Shown here one piece after another: positions 51,256-64,000 of a DNA stretch of 64,000 nucleotides. The stretch is from the NCBI GenBank assembly GCA_951406725.2, contig OX597825.1, positions 75,020,001 through 75,084,000 on the forward strand, read 5' to 3'. The translations under genes were made by a program, and so were the position numbers. Position 1 is the first letter of the stretch, and each line of letters begins with the position of its first letter. The notes beneath the pieces were generated by a model. The model was not told where the DNA came from. It did not search any database and saw nothing but the letters and a program-made list of their open reading frames with translations. Source of the stretch: Octopus vulgaris (taxonomy: Eukaryota).

Positions 51256-52258
51256 GTTTTGTGATCATAATCTTAATGAAATACACTATATTTTTGCATT
51301 TTTTAATTCATTTAAGATTTAGAGAGATATAATAATTATAGTTTTCAAGTAAGGAATGATTGCTTCCTCCATAAAGATAGATGAATCTGGAATTAAATCC
51401 TAAATTATGCAAAGTTCTGTCTTGTTGGAATATTTGTCATTATTTTGTCATTGTTATTGAGCTAGGCTATTCTAATACACTTCTCTTTCCTATGCTTTCC
51501 TGATTTCAGTTGTGGTCATTATAGATTATTTGTAAATTAAACTCTCAAAATAGTGACTTTTTTGCTACTAATTTTAAAAAAGGCTGACATTACAAACTAG
51601 TCAATAAATATGTGATTTAAAACTGAGGAATTGGCAGCTTTAGGCAATCAGATTCTATATCATCATCATCATCATACGTCCATTTTCCGTGCTAGCATGG
51701 GTTGGACGGTTCGACCAGGGTCTGGGAAGCCAGGAGGCTGCACCAGGCTCCAGTCTTTTTCTGAAGCCCAGTGTTCCATGTGGCCTCGTGATTTTTTTCC
51801 TATTTTTATAGCATCAGGCAGATGTGAGGTAAATCTCCCCTTGGATAGGATCCTAGTCTATTGCAAGTAGCTGCTCCCAAATGAGAAATTAAACTGAGTA
51901 TGTGCTGCTGTGGTGTGGAGTGGTGAGTTGGGAAATTCAGATTATAATATGTAAATGCAATATGCAACTGTTCTGCAAGACACAGCACCAGACATCTATA
52001 AAATTTTAAAAGACAACAAATGATAAAATATCTGCAATTGCTTCCATTGATGTAATTTTATCAATTTCCAGCACTATTCTTTTCTGAATGAAATATGAAT
52101 ATTGTTTGCTTGATTGATGAAAGTTAAGACAAGCATCATCACTACATTTGGCTTCTTAAAGACATCTATGACTGTCTTTTCAAGATATGAAAATCCAAAT
52201 AAATTAAATCTCCTCTCAGTAACCTCAATCAACCACTAACTGGTCATCCCCATAAGAA

Positions 52259-52755
52259 TTAACCCTTGAACATTTGGATTACTCTGTCAAATATAATAAT
52301 CCTTATTTATTCACATTGGAGGCGCATGGCTTAGTGGTTACGGTGTTGAACTTATGATTGTAAGGTTGTGGTTTCAATTCCTGGACCAGGTGATGCGTTG
52401 CGTTCTAGAGCAAAACACTTAATTTCACATTGCTCCAGTCCACTCAGCCGGCAAAATTGAGTAATCCTGTGACGGACTGGCATCCTGTCCAGGTGGGGAT
52501 TTTCTACGCCGCTGAAACCAGGAAACTGGCCCTTATGAGCCTGGCATAGCTTGAGAAGGAACATTTTAAATATTTTTTTTTATTTATTCACATTGTTTTG
52601 AATAATCTTGTAGCTTTGCAATTTCAATGATGCAGCTGTTTAGATTTAGAATGGCAGTGTAGGGTTGGTGTGAGAGACTACATCTTGTCAGTTTGAACAT
52701 AAAACAAGTAGAATATTTGGGCCAAATGTTGCCAGTGTAAATGCTAAAGGCTTAA
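52259..52755. mobile_element. piggyBac-like MITE interrupted by a SINE
   Basis: Starts ttaacccttgaacatt and ends aatgctaaaggcttaa; the halves rejoin across a SINE TSD. Confidence 0.75.
52318..52565 (+). mobile_element. tRNA-derived SINE with a V-domain-like tail
   Basis: A box tggcttagtgg and B box ggtttcaattcc; 16-bp TSD ttatttattcacattg at 52303-52318 and 52580-52595. Confidence 0.88.
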
Positions 52756-54444
52756 GGTAAAATACAGCCTGCTATCACTTGCATGTGAGTATGAGTATGT
52801 AACGTGCTTTTGCTAATTGTTGTGAGTGCCAATGTAGTTGCAAGCTGATAATGACACTCAAGACTCTTGAGCTCAGCAGAACATCCAGGATGTGACAGCT
52901 GGGGGGAGAAAGGATTGCACTTGTATTTGGTTGGGACTGATTAATAACTGAACAGTCTGAAGCAAATGAAATGAAGTACCTTGCGCAAGGAAACAATGCA
53001 CTGTTTGGTCCAGGAATTGAATCTATGACTTTATGCCCATTAGCCGCACACCTTAAACACTAGGCTATAGATTACAAATAGATGAGGAAAATTATGGTCT
53101 ATTCATCCCCCACCAAGTTCTGTAATAATTCACATGGATGTGATTGCTGTCAATAAATTAGTATTTTTAACAACTGAAAACCATGCATTTCAATAAATCT
53201 TCAGAAAGTTTATATGGTAAAATAGTTTATAGGATATTTTTTACTTTGAGCAAAATTAGGTTTCTACATAATGTTAAGGATTTGATAGAATTTTTGTACA
53301 CTAGCAGTATGCAATGACTAGTTATTTGGTATGTAACATGTTAACCTAAATTTTCTTATCAAAGTTTTAGTGCTGTGCATGACAACGATGATGATAGAGC
53401 AACTGTTTATGTTATTGATCTTGTCAGTATCAGGAAAATTTTTCTTCTCTTTATGGACCACCTACTTTCTATATATTTAAAAGCCATGTATAAGAAATTG
53501 AAAAATATTGTTTAACTATTTATAAGATTTTTTAATGATGCATTTACACATTGTTTCTGTTCCTTTGTTTTTATGAATGAAATAGATTTGAAAATTTAAG
53601 CAACAATGTAGGTTAATGCTGATGGTTAGAACAGTGTTTTGCAGGTGGATATCCTTTCAGATACTAGCTTTTGTCTTTTGATCTGCTACGGAAGCTATGG
53701 CAGGTAATGTACTTTGCCTAGGCTAGACTATGTAATCCAGCATCCGTAACATACCCTGTGGTTTTTTATGTCTGGCTTCTGGCCGTTTAAAAAGCATGTA
53801 GCCTAATCAACAAAGCTTTTGTACATTACCGTTCCGACAACCTATTATCTTTCCTCTCTTCTTCATTGCAACAAGCACTTAGTCATTCTCACTTAAAACT
53901 CAATGCATCTTTAATTCCCTTGTTTTAAGTCATAATTCAGTGTAGAGGAAACACACCCTCTTTGATAAGCCTTACTGCTCCATATCACACATCTCTGAAG
54001 TGGCTGCTAATTAAATGACTCTCCACATATTAAAGAAGTTTACCACTTATGTAGATTATCTCTTAGATACAAGACAATCACTTGGTTTGTTGGAAACTGA
54101 TAAGTTTGTTGTTTTTATATTTTACTGTGATTAGCTCAAAACCTTTTATGTAAGAACAGGATGAACTTGTTTAATTACTTGACTTGATTGAAAATTCCCT
54201 TTTAAGCTGGAAAAATAAAACTCAGCCATTCAATAGAGATTAAAAAGTCAAGTGTCAGTTTTAATTAAGTTCCAAGTTGACATGGTGAACTAGAATCTTG
54301 GAAGCAATATGGCTGTAGTTCAGTGATTCAAACCATAGTCCAATGAGTGAAACCAGGTAAAGAATTAAAAAAGTAAAAAATAAAAAGTGGTATTTAAATT
54401 TCTGAGGGAAGTTTGTTGTGACTTTATATATCTTTATCTTGCAA

Positions 54445-54620
54445 CGTTACGTTCTGAGTTCAAATTCCACCGAGGTCGACTTTGCCTTTCATCCTTTCGG
54501 GGTCGATAAATTAAGTACCAGTTACGTACTGGGGTCGATGTAATTGACTTAATCCCTTTGTCTGTCTTTGTTTGTCTCCTCTATGTTTAGCCCCTTGTGG
54601 GCAATAAAGAAAAAAAAAAT
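54445..54620 (+). mobile_element. 5'-truncated young family B SINE
   Basis: TSD ttatcttgcaa at 54434-54444 and 54629-54639. Confidence 0.88.
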
Positions 54621-54829
54621 ATATATCATTATCTTGCAAGCTCTCTTGCCATCAGACTATTTATATACTTGAATAGACTGGTTGTGTAGTTTTGATAATG
54701 AAATTTAGAACTAGTTATGTTCTCTGTGCATTGGTGACTTTTTTTCAAGCATGTGTAATAGGATTTTAAGGGAAAGGAAACAGATATAGTAATATTCATT
54801 ATTTTTTTTATCAATGCTAATTACCATTA

Positions 54830-55222
54830 AAGCAGTGAGCTTGCAGAATCATTAACATGCTGGGCAAAATGCTTAGTGGCATTTCATTCATCATTATGTT
54901 ACGGAGGTTGACTTATTTTATCAACCCCAAAAGGGCTGAAAGGTTAAGTACTAGTCAAGCACTAGAGTTGATGTAATCAACTTATCCCCCACTCCCGAAA
55001 TTACTGGCCTTGTGCCAAAATTTGAAACCAATATTAATTATCAGTAAGGTAGGAAGCTGGCAGAATCGTTAACACTCTGGGCAAAATGTTTAGCAGTATT
55101 TCATCTCTCTTTGTGCTCTGAGTTCAAATTCTGCTGGTCCTTTAAGTTGAGCACTGTGGTTAATGTAATCAACTTAATCTCCTCCCCAAAATTGCTGGTG
55201 CTCTGCCAAAATTTGAAGCCAA
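54830..55222 (+). mobile_element. Two tandem degenerate family B SINEs
   Basis: Heads near 54830 and 55047. Confidence 0.72.
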
Positions 55223-56082
55223 TATCATCAGTGCATATTAAGTAAAATATCTTCAATTTGAAATTGAAACAAGATAGCCAAAGTGGACATTGTCCACCAG
55301 GACTATTTATTTCATTTTATGGTGATGATGATGATAATGGTACCTGATACTACTTTCAATCATTTTGTTGTGTGAAAATATTTTGTGTATGAAAAAAAAG
55401 TCCAGATGAGGATTATCTTAAATTAAGGTAACTTCTAAATGTTTTCACTTCCTTGAGATTACAAGATTATCAGCTGCAGTCAGGAGTGATGACATCAGTA
55501 AATTTATTTATTTTTACAGCAGATTTTGACAAAACCCCAGCTATATTTAGATAGCCAATCAAATGAATGTTTAGAAAGTATTTCTTAGTGAGATGGAAGT
55601 GGTAAGAATTTCTTCAACCTCACCTTACTCTTGCATACCATTCTTTTTTTGGCAATGGCATCAGTCTAAGCAAAAGTTGGTGTAACTACCCCTCCCCCAT
55701 TGAAAAGTAAAACAAACAACTAAAAGTGGTTAATAATAATGATTCATGGCTTATCTGTAAGGTTACATGCTTAATAATGGAAGCAAATGTGATTGAGTGG
55801 TGTTCATTACTTTCTCAGTGGCATTATCAATATAATTGGAGTAAACTTCAACTAAAAATTTGATAGTAGTTACTGATCTTCTCACTGACAACATTCTCCT
55901 TTATAATTAAGCATGGCCCATTTTTTTTCTGGTAGGGATATCTGGGCAATTATATGCATACACGCATGCACACACACACAGGCATACACTCATAGAAAGA
56001 CAGAGCTATTCAAACATACATGCATTTATATATTTACACATACATATGCACACTCATATACAACTATGCACACTCACATATG

Positions 56083-56121
<39 letters not shown>

Positions 56122-56438
56122 CTTGCATTCAGTAAATGCCTCACCTCTGGAGCTCTAGCAACCAAAGATGACAATGGCAGCATATTTGGATTCAGGCATC
56201 AACTTAAATACTATGATAACATCCATTTTGGCATTGTGTCAGCCATACCATCAAACATTATTAATACTACTACTAATAATAATAATCCTTTTGTATTTCT
56301 GTGGGCAAAATTAAGGAATCCTTTATTATTACAAGGTTATATTGTGCAAACAAACTAGCTACCTAATCTATTTTCACTGAAACTGCTCACCTGTTTTAGT
56401 ACATTTACTATATTCATATATAAATATAATACATATAT

Positions 56439-56664
56439 TTCGTTTTTGGATTTGGTTTGCAAGATTCTTTATGTGAGTTCGTGTGTTGAAGCATATTCTG
56501 TTGTGTCTGGGAAGATTCATTTTGTTTTTGTTCCTTATAATTTAACACATTCACCAGTAAAATTTCCACTTATTTCTTATTTTTATTTTTCCTAAAATTT
56601 TAGGAAAATAAAAATAAGAAATTATAAGGCCCAAAAAGAAAATTACTCTCCCCAGACACAACAG
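56439..56664. mobile_element. Fold-back copy of the 36719 family (opposite orientation)
   Basis: Tail plus arm, a palindromic junction ttttcctaaaattttaggaaaa, then an inverted arm ending cagacacaacag. Confidence 0.75.
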
Positions 56665-56682
56665 TATAATACAAATATTATC

Positions 56683-57073
56683 AGGAGTGGCTGTGTGGTA
56701 AGTAGCTTGTTTACCAACCAAATGGTTCCGGGTTCGGTCCCACTGCGTGGCACCTTGGGCAAGTGTCTTCTACTATAGCCTCGGGCTGACCAAAGCCTTG
56801 TGAGTGGATTTGGTAGAAGGAAACTGAAAGAAGCCCGTCGTATATATGTATATATATATGCATGTGTGTGTTTGTGCGTCTGTGCTTGTCCCCCTAGCAT
56901 TGCTTGACAACCGATGCTGGTGTGTTTATGTCCCCATTACTTAGCGGTTCGGCAAAAGAGGCCGATATAATAAGTACTGGGCTTACAAAAGAATAAGTCC
57001 CGGGGTCGAGTTGCTCAATTAAAGGCAGTGCTCCAGCATGGCCGCAGTCAAATGACTGAAACAAGTAAAAGAG
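56683..57073 (+). mobile_element. Family A SINE, young
   Basis: Near-identical to the copies at 12441 and 30741. Confidence 0.92.
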
Positions 57074-58070
57074 TATACCAGAAAAATAACACATTTCTCT
57101 TCTATTAAAAAGAATTATTTATCCACATTGCCAGTGTTCAGTATCTAGTCTTTCAGTTTGTCACCAACTTACATATTTCATTATAGCTGTGAAGTTACAC
57201 CAGTGACACAGGGGCTGAGCATTTGTACAACTGCTCTTATTAAACTGTAATTAATTTTTATTTCTGTATGTTTATGTAATGATGACAACAACAACAACAA
57301 CAACTGTGAATGCATTGAAAATATTTATCTTCCCAGGTAGTTCGACAGAAATATACAATATAACATATCTTGCCTTGGAACACAGAACAGTAAATGTAGT
57401 CATTAGGTTTTAAACTGATAATTATGTAACCAGTCAGTTCGTTGGACATCTTACAACTTAAATTGCACCATAATCTTTCCTGTATGTCCACTGTGTCTCT
57501 ATTTACTTGAGTTGAATAAATTAGTATTGTTATTGAAACATAAGAAAAGGTGAAAGTAATTGGTTATAAGTGCAAGTTAATGAAATAAGTACCAATCAAG
57601 TTTTGGGATCAATATGATTGGCTGCCTCTTACTTGAATTTGAAACCTATTTACTCATTAACTGTGAAATTGAATTTCATGGTAAATATAGTTAGAATTGG
57701 TATTTTTTCTGTCATATTGCCTCAATAAACTTGATGTATTTCGACAGAAAATATTTTCAAAAATAACATACTCCAACAAAGCACAGATTGCTATATATAA
57801 AACTACTTTTTGCAGAAAGGGTAATGAAATTTTGTGTAAATATGTAATTTTTGCAGTGAAAGGTTTGCCAATGCTATTGGAAAGATATGAACATCAGAAC
57901 TCGCATTTTGTTCTCTTATCTAACTCAGCCTACCAAAACATGTCCAATAGTCACAGCATTAAGGAACCTTTTTAATTAAAGCTAACTTGTCTTTCTACCT
58001 ATATTTTTACTTGTCTATGGAATAAATGAATATTTATGTATTGGTGAGTAAAATCATATTTAACAGTATG

Positions 58071-58670
58071 TTACAGAAATTGTCTAAGGAGAAAAAAATT
58101 TTCCTTGTAGACAATGTGTGTGTAAAAAAAACACCCATAGGCTATGAATGGCATCATCAAAATACGAGACACGTGCAGTTCTGCATTTTTATGTTCCATT
58201 TGTTACAGATACCAGGCTATTGTTCAGAGCTGCTAAGAACTTGTTCTTATATTGGGAAAGCAAGTGGCACATTTGTTCACGTGTACAAAACTTTATCAAG
58301 CTGAATTAATTAATTAGAGGCGCAGTAAGCAGTGTTGAATGAAATATAGGTGTGTGCAATCATGTTTAACATGTTCACATCTACTCAGACACATGAAGTC
58401 AATACATTGCAGAAATTGTCCTGTGAGAAAAAAAACTTCTCCTTAATGACAATATGTGTGAAAAACATGTCATCAAGCTATGAATGATGTCATCAGATCA
58501 TAGGATCATAGGTTTCTGCATTGTTATGCTTCATAAACTATAAACACTGAGGCATTGTTCGTAATCTCTAAGAACTTCTTGTTATTATATTAGAACAACA
58601 AATGGTATATTTATTGATGTGTGCAAAGCTTTGACAAGCTGGAATTAATTAATTAGAGGCACATTAAGCA
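58071..58670. repeat. Old diverged direct duplication (~260-bp units at 58071-58331 and 58408-58670)
   Basis: Collinear anchors cagaaattgtc, gctatgaatg, ttctgcatt, ctaagaactt and aattaattaattagaggc. Confidence 0.8.
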
Positions 58671-58744
58671 ACATTCAATATTTATATCATCGTCTGTTTG
58701 TGAAATAAAATGTGTGTGTATGTGCGCATGCATGCACTTTGTCT

Positions 58745-58926
58745 CCTCATCATTTCATGTCCATTTTCCATGCTGACATGGGTTGGATGCTTTGGCAGGA
58801 GCTAGCAAGCCAGAAGACCGCACCAGGCTTCACTGTCTGTTTTAGCATGGTTTTTATGGCTGGATGCCCTTCTTAATGCCAACCACCTTACAGAGTGGAC
58901 TGAGTGCTTTTCTAGTGGCACCAGCA
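58745..58926 (-). mobile_element. Family C element
   Basis: ttttccatgctgacatgggttggatg...ctggatgcccttcttaatgccaaccac. Confidence 0.8.
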
Positions 58927-60324
58927 TTATCATTTTATAAATATTGAATAGTAAGTACAACAGCACATCTAGTGTATTCCTTCAAATCGTCTCTGGACAT
59001 AGTTAAGTTAGACAATAAATTGGATGGATCATGTCCTGCCCGTCACAGAGGATTCTTTACACTGGACAATAGACTATGCAATGAGTTTCCTACTGGACTG
59101 AATTAAGGTATTAATATTATGCAAGGCCATTGGGTTATTTCTAGATTTTAAATGGGTAGCACCATTCTCTGAAGTAGATCTATAAGTAGAACTAGACTAG
59201 GTGTAGTGTTTGATGTCAACCGTATTTTATAGTGAGTGATATGAAGAAAAATATATAAGTAAACTGAAGATAAAAGTATCACAATTAAGACTTTATTCCT
59301 GAACAAGTAATTAAGTTGAATGATTCTCCCAAGGCCCCCATTCTTTAACAAGTTATAATTCTTTGGAGGGTTAAACAATTTTGGATGAAATTAGTGTGAC
59401 CATTAACACGATGAAAGTCTAAAAATAAGCCAACAAATAATTACAACTATAATTAAATGGAAATTTTAAAATTATTCAACTATGTGTTTAAATCAGCAGG
59501 ATATATTTTCCTACTTGCATAAACAATGTCATATTAAGTCTCTTGTCTGAAAGCATATTCATTGAAATTTAGATATAGCTAATGCTCTCCTATTAAGAAA
59601 TTTTCTGAAAGGTTTTACAAACAACTCTTTTTTTTTTCTCTCCACCTCCACCCATTTACAAATACAGATAAACTGAGGATTTCTTTTGAATTATGTTGTG
59701 TCTTTTGAAAGTGATTTTTTATGTTTATCTGGAATGGAAATTTAGGTTAAACACATTTAGATGACATTAAAACCTTGTTGGCGTTTATTAATGTAACACA
59801 TCTGTCACCAGGCTTATCTGCAAACTAGTTCTTTCATGCCATACTGTTTTCATTCAGGTATTGTTTGCCAGAAAAATGCATTAGTTTGCTTCTTCAAGAA
59901 TAAAACTCCACCTTTTAGATTTTACTTCAATCTGCCCTCGGATTTAAGTGTAAAAAAGTATGACACATAAATGAAATGAAAGATAGAAAAAAGGAGAAAC
60001 AGAAAGAAAAACAACACATTTATTAAATGAATAAATAAATCTTTAACATTAATAACATTATTTAGTAATTTTATCATTCATTTATATATTTTTGTCCTAC
60101 TTTTGGCTATTAGGAACTATTTTTCTTTTGTATATTCTTTGTATTACTGATTACTGATTTAACAGAAGATATTTTTATATCAATGTTTGTAATCCTCTAT
60201 AGAGATCGTTTCTAACCTAGTTTTTTTATAACTGTGCAAAGAGAAACAAAAAACAAACAAACAAGAGATGTTTGATTTAAAGAATTTTTAGATATGAATG
60301 AATGTTTTATGTATATCTTTTAGT

Positions 60325-60995
60325 ATATTTCATTCATTGGACTGTGGTCATGCTGGGGCATCACTTTAAAAGGTTGCATCAAACTGACCTCATTATGTAA
60401 TTTTTGTGAAGTCGGGTGCTTATTGTATTGATCTGTTTTGCCAAACCATTAAATTATGGAGACATAAACTAACACCAGTTACCAAGCAGTTGGGGAGGGG
60501 TAAACACAGACAGAAACAAATATATATGTATATTTAAAGGGCTAAAAAAACCACTAGATGGTCAGCCGTATGCTAGAAGTAGATCACCTACGATCAAACT
60601 ACAAAGAAAAGAATATTCTCTAGAGGAAAATTCAGCGGACACCAGAATTCTTTTCTTTGTAGTTTGATCGTAGGTGATCTACTTCTAGCATACAGCTGAC
60701 CACCTAGTGGTTTTTTAGCCCTTTAAATATACACATGTATTAGAATTTTCTCTGATTTTTCAGATTTTTGAATGCTAGGCTACTGGTTTTAAATTGATAT
60801 TAATTAAATTAATATTCAATTTATCTCCCTCATTATTTGAATATATATATATTAGGTACACATGCATGAACAAGCTTCCCCAGTTCTCAAAAATTCACTA
60901 ACAAAGCATTGGCTGGCCCAGGCCTGTGGTATGACATTTTCCCAAAGAGTGCCATGCGGTGGGATTGAATCTGAAACCATGTGGTTGTAAAGTGA
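60325..60995 (-). mobile_element. Degenerate family A SINE split by a palindromic insert
   Basis: Tail half at 60325-60520 and head half at 60865-60995. Confidence 0.72.
60527..60842. mobile_element. Fold-back insert: ~88-bp inverted arms plus a ~110-bp one-sided extension (Penelope-like architecture)
   Basis: Arms at 60527-60614 and 60647-60733 with very few mismatches; flanked by (TA)n. Confidence 0.7.
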
Positions 60996-61009
60996 ATTTA
61001 TTGTTTTTA

Positions 61010-61445
61010 TTTACTTGCTGGCACCATGTAAAAGGCATTCATGCTGACATCACATAAAAAAACGTCCTGTGCAATCTGTAAAGTGGTTGGCATTAGAAAG
61101 GGCATCCAGCTGGAAAACCATGCCAAAACAGACAACTGGAGCCTGGTGCAACTCTCCTGCTTGCCAGCTCTTGTCAAACAATCCAACCATTAGCAACATG
61201 GAAAATGAACATGATTTTGATGATGATTTTATTTTGTTCTTGGTTTTAAAGTTTCCTTCCAAACACTCTTCATCATCACTTAAACATATGTCTTCCATAC
61301 TGCCATGGATCGGACAGTTTGACATCCATCAAGACAGAGGACTGTTCTGAGTTCTAATGTCTGTTTTGGCAAGGTTTCTATGGCTGGATGTCCTTCCTAA
61401 CCACTTTACAGAGTGTGTTGGTTTTTTTTTTTTTGTACCAGCGCT
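61010..61445. mobile_element. Two family C elements tail-to-tail (61010-61226 +, 61270-61445 -)
   Basis: gtaaagtggttggcattagaaagggcatccagc versus gctggatgtccttcctaaccactttac. Confidence 0.75.
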
Positions 61446-61678
61446 AATGAAATCAAGGTAACTTGCAAAACAAAAAGTCTCCTCAGCTGAGTGGAAGGTG
61501 TAATAGTGTGATGTGGCTTCATGACTGGAGTTGAGAGGCTCTAAAGTATGAAAGAGTAACAGGCAGTCACTACATTGTATTATTTCAAATAAATAATCTC
61601 TTGTAAAATTGAACCTGAACTGAAAGTTCTTCAGTTATTCCAGATTTTCTAATTACTGTCTTGATTTCTCTTTTGCAG

Positions 61679-61783
61679 AAAGACTCAACAGGACAATGGC
61701 TGCTCGACCAAGTGTGTCAACGCCTAAATTTGATCGAAAAGGATTATTTTGGTCTTCGATATGTAGACATGGAAAGACAAAGA
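61679..61783 (+). CDS. FRMD5: Internal coding exon of a FERM-domain protein (FRMD3/FRMD5-like), FERM N-lobe
   Basis: Polypyrimidine tract and ttttgcag acceptor end at 61678; gtaagt donor starts at 61784. The 105 nt are open and translate to KDSTGQWLLDQVCQRLNLIEKDYFGLRYVDMERQR. The LNLxEKDYFGLRYVD motif is a FERM F1 signature and, from memory, closest to FRMD5/FRMD3 ([20 protein letters not shown]). The exon is secure; exact orthology is less so. Confidence 0.9.
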
Positions 61784-63069
61784 GTAAGTTTCAAAAATGT
61801 TTAATATTTTCAGTTTTATTTGAACTAATAAAATCTGGGTTTGGATAGTGAAAACAGAACTTTAATTGTATGTTGTTATTGTGATGGCGGAGACAACAGT
61901 GAATGGCAAGCAAGAAGGTGAGTATAAAGGAGAAGACAAGAGCAATCTGTGACAGGTGTTAATTGAGGTGGTTACTGCGAGAGATTGGAGGAAAACAGGA
62001 AACAAAATGAAACCCCATTAAGTCAGCACAGACATATAATCATATGCATGGACACTCATACATATATATATATATACATATGTGCATACATACTTATGTA
62101 CATACACTGGGAAGTGTAATAGTTTGTTTTGGTGATGTTGATTAGGGGTTAGTTAATGGGGGTGGTGGTAGATTTTGTTGGTAGTAAAGATCTTATGATA
62201 AGCAATTTGTGTACTGAAATTTATTAAAAGACATCTATTCAAAATATTGAAGTAACAAGATAATATATGATTAATTCAAAATAATGTGAAAGAATAAGCA
62301 TTACATTTGGCAGAGAAGTCTGAATGTTAAAGAGTTAAACTTTTAAACAAGGATTAAAAAAAAAGACTTTGTATTTGGAATATACCAAAATAATTTTTAC
62401 TTGATCTCTTGTCTGCTACAAAGTACAAAACAAAGAAACACTACTCTCAATCCATTGGAAAGATTTTGATATACCACTGTAGTCTCAAATACACACTTGA
62501 GACCTTCTCTTCCCTGCCACACCTTTGCCACAATACTTAGTTGTATTTTCCCATTCACCTAAGTACAGCTAGCTTGCATGTTGCTTGAGGGGTGGTAAAC
62601 ACCTGAGAAGGAACGTATCTCTAAAAAGTCATGACTGAGATATAGTATAGAGAGTCTGGTTGTGTATGCTGTAGGGATGTGGTGTCGGTGGTGGTGGTGG
62701 TGGTGGTTAAATAGCTCAGAAGCCATGTAAAAGTATGCAAAACTCTTCAGATATAGTGTAGTGTGTGGGTGTGAGTGCTGTAAAGTGGTGGTGGGGATGG
62801 TGGTAAATTCATCAGAAGCCGTGCATCCATTTGCAAAAATCTTGATATAGAGCAGAGCAGGGATCAGCAACACTATTTGTAATAGCCTAGTTATTTGTTT
62901 ATTTTTTGTTTTTTACCTATTTATATCTATTTTTGTATTTACCTGTGCCCCATATGCATGTTATATCATTATCTTACATCAGGAATCATCCCTGTGTATC
63001 CCCTCCCTTTCTTCCATCACTAGCAATGCTGATGTAAGCAAAAATTAAGAACTCATATTATGATAGACT

Positions 63070-63455
63070 AAATGGGCAAAATGCTTTGTGATATTTCATC
63101 TGTCCTCACGTTCTGAGTTCAAATTCAACTGAGGTCAACTTTACCTGTTATCCTTTCGGGGTCAGTAAATAAGTACCAGTTGAGTACTGTGGTTGACGTA
63201 ATCGACTTAACCCCTGCCTTGTGCTTTTAATAGAAAGGATTATTATTAACAGAATCATTAGCAAGCTGGGAAAAATACTTAGCGGTATGTCTGCCGCTAC
63301 AGTCTGAGTTCAAATTCCACTGAGGTTGACTTTGCCTTTCAACCTCTCGGGGTCGATAAATTAAATACCAGTTGAGTACTGGGGTCAGTGTAATTCACTA
63401 GCCCCATCTCCCACAATTTCAGGCCTTATGCCTAGAGTAGAAAGGATTATTATTA
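63070..63455 (+). mobile_element. Two tandem family B SINEs
   Basis: Repeated ctgagttcaaatt...cggggtc...ccagttgagtactg...tagaaaggattattatt. Confidence 0.82.
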
Positions 63456-63940
63456 TTGTTATTGTTGTTAAATCAATAGTCTTCTTAAGTAGCAGTTTGC
63501 TATCATAATAACTTGGAGAGTAATGATCTCCACTAGAATGATCACAATTTTTACTGTATGAAAGCGAAAATCTTAGTAGTGACCAAATGACCCTCTTAGG
63601 ATAAATGGAAGCTTGTCACAGATTCTGAAGTCTTATGATTCATAATTGTCCTGTGTGTTAGAAAAAGAAATAAATGTATGTCATTGGTGATAGAATGAGG
63701 TCAGTCTACAGATTACATCTTGAAACTGAGTCAGTAGTTGAACAAGTATTTTGGTCATAGACAGTAGAATCCTGTGATGATATATAAATATATTATGAGT
63801 TGTCAGCACCCCTACAGCTAGATTACATTGGCACTGATTAGCTGCATTTCTTATTTTCCATCATATTTAATAATTTAACCCTTTAACATTCAGATTATAC
63901 AGTGAAATGTAATGCTTATATATTAACATTATTTTGAATT

Positions 63941-64000
63941 CATCATCATCGTTTAACGTCCGCTTTCCATGCTAGCATGGGTTGAACGATTTGACTGTGG
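63941..64000 (-). mobile_element. Family C tail, running off the window
   Basis: catcatcatcgtttaacgtccgctttccatgctagcatggg. Confidence 0.8.

Larger units (their letters stand above)
61784..64000 (+). other. Start of the downstream intron
   Basis: GTAAGT donor at 61784. The expected next exon (HWL...) is not seen before the window ends. Confidence 0.75.

Noticed and set aside
53645-53703. Possible 59-nt exon (ttttgcag ... CAG|gtaatg)
   Set aside because: The frame compatible with the phase-0 FERM exon contains a stop codon and there is no FERM similarity. A non-coding exon cannot be excluded.

Overview
AT-rich animal genomic DNA, probably a cephalopod (Octopus-like); this is inferred from the SINE families and the extreme microsatellite load. 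Only one protein-coding segment is supported: a 105-nt, phase 0-0 exon at 61679-61783 (+) encoding the N-lobe of a FERM domain of the FRMD3/FRMD5 type. No upstream coding exon was found, so the window is probably one intron of more than 61 kb, this exon, and the start of the next intron. The intron holds several tRNA-derived and GAT-tailed SINE families, hAT, piggyBac-like and Tc2/pogo-like MITEs, an R4/Dong-like LINE 3' end, a gypsy-like LTR with a primer-binding site, and many micro- and minisatellites. Almost all ORFs in the track are repeat artefacts. The most interesting signals are: (i) short fold-back inserts and degenerate minimal hammerhead-ribozyme motifs typical of Penelope-like elements, one of them behind a tRNA-like Pol III head; (ii) a SINE that builds head-to-tail arrays and appears to insert into itself; (iii) head/tail module shuffling between SINE families; (iv) inverted repeats able to form dsRNA just upstream of the exon. 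Repeat boundaries were read by eye and are approximate unless a target-site duplication (TSD) is quoted. Family labels A, B and C are mine.
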